Origin: Octopus bimaculoides
Lineage: Eukaryota
DNA: 64,000 bases
NCBI RefSeq assembly: GCF_001194135.2
Contig: NC_068986.1
Coordinates: 22,065,558 to 22,129,557, forward strand
Direction: 5' to 3'
Shown: one piece after another, positions 61,320 to 64,000 of the stretch
How positions within the stretch are numbered: position 1 is the first letter of the stretch
Layout: every line of letters begins with the position of its first letter
The notes under the pieces: generated by a model
The model's database searches: none
What the model was told of the DNA's origin: nothing
Seen by the model: the letters and a program-made list of their open reading frames with translations, nothing else
Program-made: the position numbers and the translations under genes

Positions 61320-61475
61320 ATAATCATTATTTACATTTGACGGATATTTGTCCCCATCTTGTTTGTTGTTAACACAACGTTATGGCTGATATATTCTCCA
61401 GCCTTCATCAGGTGTCTTGGGGAAATTTCGAAGCTGGGTTCTCATTTCTAAGGTATTTTTCGATGTTATTATTAT
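61320..61475 (-). mobile_element. Penelope-like element pLTR remnant with mutated minimal hammerhead
   Basis: The minus strand reads GACAC-CTGATGA-A-GGCTG(n10)CAGCC-ATAA-C-GTT-GTGTT. Stem I (GACAC/GTGTT), stem II and a loopless palindromic stem III are present, but GAAA is mutated to ATAA. Confidence 0.6.
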
Positions 61476-61679
61476 TATTATTCAGGTCACTGCCTGGAAT
61501 TGAACTCGGAATCTTGGGGTTAGTAGCTCGTGCTCTTAATCACTACGTCATTTGTCCTGTTTATAGAATTATACAACCAAAGGTAGTCTCAGGTGGGTTC
61601 ACATCAAAAGGAATCAAATGCAAAGCAGATACTTAACCCTTTAGCATTCAGATTACTTTGTCAAATGTAATTTGAGAAT

Positions 61680-62420
61680 TCCAGAGGTTTTCAGACTATT
61701 TGAGAGAGGTATTTATTAATTTCAGAGAAATACACAATTCTAATCTTCTTCAAAGTAGGATCCTCCAACTTCAATGTATTTGCTGTGGCACCCCAGCCAC
61801 TCTGCGAAGGCCCCATGGAAGTCCTCCAAAGTGAAGGTGTCCGGGACCCTTGTCACAACTTCCTTCATCTTTTGAATGTCTTCAAAACAACTATTTCTGA
61901 GATTCTCCAGCTTGGGGAACAACCAAAAGTCACAGGGAGCAAGGTCTGGGCTGTAGGGAGAGTGAGAGACAGTTTTGATGCCCCATCCCCCTCAAGTAGT
62001 TGGTTACCAGGATGGAACTGTGGACCGGTGCAGGTGCCACCAACCCAAGAAGAGCTCAGGCCTTTTGTGATGAAATCTTTTCTCAAACTCACTGAAAATC
62101 TCCACAAAGCACTCTTTGTTGATCATCTGGCCAGAGGGAACCCAGAAGATGTAGATGATGCACTTGCTACCAAAAGAGGGGGTCATCATGTACTACTTGG
62201 TGGACTTGCTTAGCCTGGCCTCTTGTGCCAGTGAAAAACACATGCTTGGCTAATACAAGTTAACCCATAAGCAATCTAGAGCATTTCATAATTTTCTGTA
62301 GCATTTTTGCCCAGCTTAACACAAAACTTTATTGCATAGCAAGCTTTCAAATTGTCTTCACATCCCGTCTGCATTCTGCAAACTAGTCAGCTGTGATAAG
62401 GAGTCTTTAGTAGGGTGTAT
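61680..62420 (-). mobile_element. Mariner transposon, internally deleted and pseudogenised
   Basis: The ATG at 62374 gives MQTGCEDNLKACYAIKFCVKLGKNATENYEML*IAYG...FHWHKR, the mariner N-terminal HTH. It is joined directly to KARLSKST..MMTPSFGSKCIIYIFWVPSGQMINKE...RPELF..WHLH (62004-62189), then LPTAQTLLPVTF (frameshifted HPPYSPDLAPCDF) and FPKLENLRNSCFEDIQKMKEAVTRV...GGSYFEED* (61740-61922). TIRs were not clearly resolved. Confidence 0.9.
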
Positions 62421-63817
62421 GCAAAATGCTGTTACAGCTGTCTCCTTCAGTCTGGAATAACTAGATCTGGCAGGTTTGAATATAAAATAGGTAGAATATT
62501 TGGGCCAGTTATGGCCAGTTGGCAGGTTAGCTTATTAGAGGTATAGCAATGATATGATAAAATGAAAATTATCTAGAACGGTTATAACTGCCTCTCCCCA
62601 AAAAAATTTTTTTCAAAACTTCTAGAATGCACCTTGTACTAATTTATTCACATTGTTTTGAATTAATCTTGCATTATCTCATAGCTTCAAGATTTTGATG
62701 CTGCTGCTGATGATGATCATCATCATCATTGTTTAACGTCCCTCTTCCATGCTAGCATGGGTGGGATGGTTTCACAAGAGCCGGCCTGGCTGAAGCCTGC
62801 ACCAGGCTTCTGTGGCTGTTTTGGCAGAACTTTTACAGCTGGATGCCCTTCCGAATACCAACCACTCAGCAGAGTGGCCTTAGTGCTCCTTTTTATGTGG
62901 CACAAGCACAGGTGAGGATGCGATTGTTTATTTTTCGAATGACATTGCATGGTAGGTGTAAGAGGCTAGATCTGGCAGGTTTGAATATAAAACAGGTAGA
63001 ATATTTGGGCAAGTTATAGACAGTTTAAATGCTAATGGGTTAATATAAAGATTAGCTAAACTAAAAATGATAAGAATAAGAGTCACATGCAAAAATGAAA
63101 ATGTTTCTGTAAGGAAATTGTTGTGGTACTAAATTTTTATTCAATTGTTGTTTTTCTTTTCTTTTTTTTTTTCCAGTTACAGTTAAACAAATTACATATT
63201 TACAGATATTTACAGAAGCAACAGCTCAAAATATAGGCTGATGATGGTTGGTAGTACAAATAAAAATGGAAAACAAATCTTTTTGTTTTTTTTTGTTTTT
63301 TTTACAATTAAAGATTACAAACACATGCTGCTTGCTTTTACCCTGGGGCACAACAAGGCTTCAGATCAGATTTATTTATATTACAAGACTTTTCCTTTAT
63401 CATTATTATCTTCAAAGTTATTATCATTATTATCATCATTATTATTATTATCATCATCATTATTATCATCATCCTCATCATTATTATTATTATTGTCAAC
63501 ATGATCAGCACTATTTTGAAATAGATGAAAGAACAATGAAAGATAATTCATAGAGTATATAACATCCTGCTAATTTAGAGATAGATCATGAATCAATATT
63601 TCAGATTAGGCATATTGCCAAAAGCCAATTGGTTTATGAAAATGATTGCAAAAAATTTCTAAGTTATGCAGTTGGCTAATAGAAATAAATTATTTTAACA
63701 ATGAATCATAGCATGTTCTGGAATTACAAGTCTCTAAATAAATACAACAGCTTATGGAAAAAAGACAACCACTTTCATCATTCACATGCACGTTGAATGT
63801 GCACATTACATATATAC

Positions 63818-63849
<32 letters not shown>

Positions 63850-63962
63850 ATATTTATATATATTGGTCTATAAACATACACAGACTGATGAAGTTTATGC
63901 TTGGAAATAGAATTAAGAATATGCATGCTTTTATATATGTGTGAATGTATATATATATATAC

Positions 63963-63997
<35 letters not shown>

Positions 63998-64000
63998 CAC

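Noticed and set aside
63120-63250. Strong plus-strand acceptor (poly-T-ccag at about 63175) or, alternatively, a minus-strand AATAAA at 63136-63141
   Set aside because: All plus-strand frames stop shortly after the acceptor, and AATAAA is ubiquitous in this AT-rich DNA. Neither reading can be supported.

Overview
This is AT-rich eukaryotic genomic DNA from a short-read draft assembly. It has eight N-gaps, most abutting (TA)n, (TG)n or (ATG)n microsatellites. The SINE, MITE and microsatellite landscape looks like an octopus (coleoid cephalopod) genome; that assignment is recognition from memory, not a database result. There are no prokaryotic features (no operons, CRISPR or rRNA) and no long intact ORF. 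I cannot name any cellular gene. The recognisable coding fragments are all decayed transposon relics: RTE LINEs, an R4/Dong-like LINE, APE-type LINE remnants, Penelope-like remnants with hammerhead-ribozyme-like motifs, mariner, Tc1, piggyBac and a Helitron helicase C-terminus. At least five SINE families and several TTAA-flanked MITEs are present, often nested. The best host-gene signal is a CpG-retaining, promoter-like zone around 46.2-47.7 kb with CRE, ETS and YY1-like motifs. It lies between CpG-depleted flanks and may be a divergent promoter. A few low-confidence exon candidates are listed. I found no convincing new biological system. The observations most worth checking are the hammerhead-like motifs, a compound templated insertion at 37.6-38.1 kb, a 245-bp foldback element and the promoter zone.
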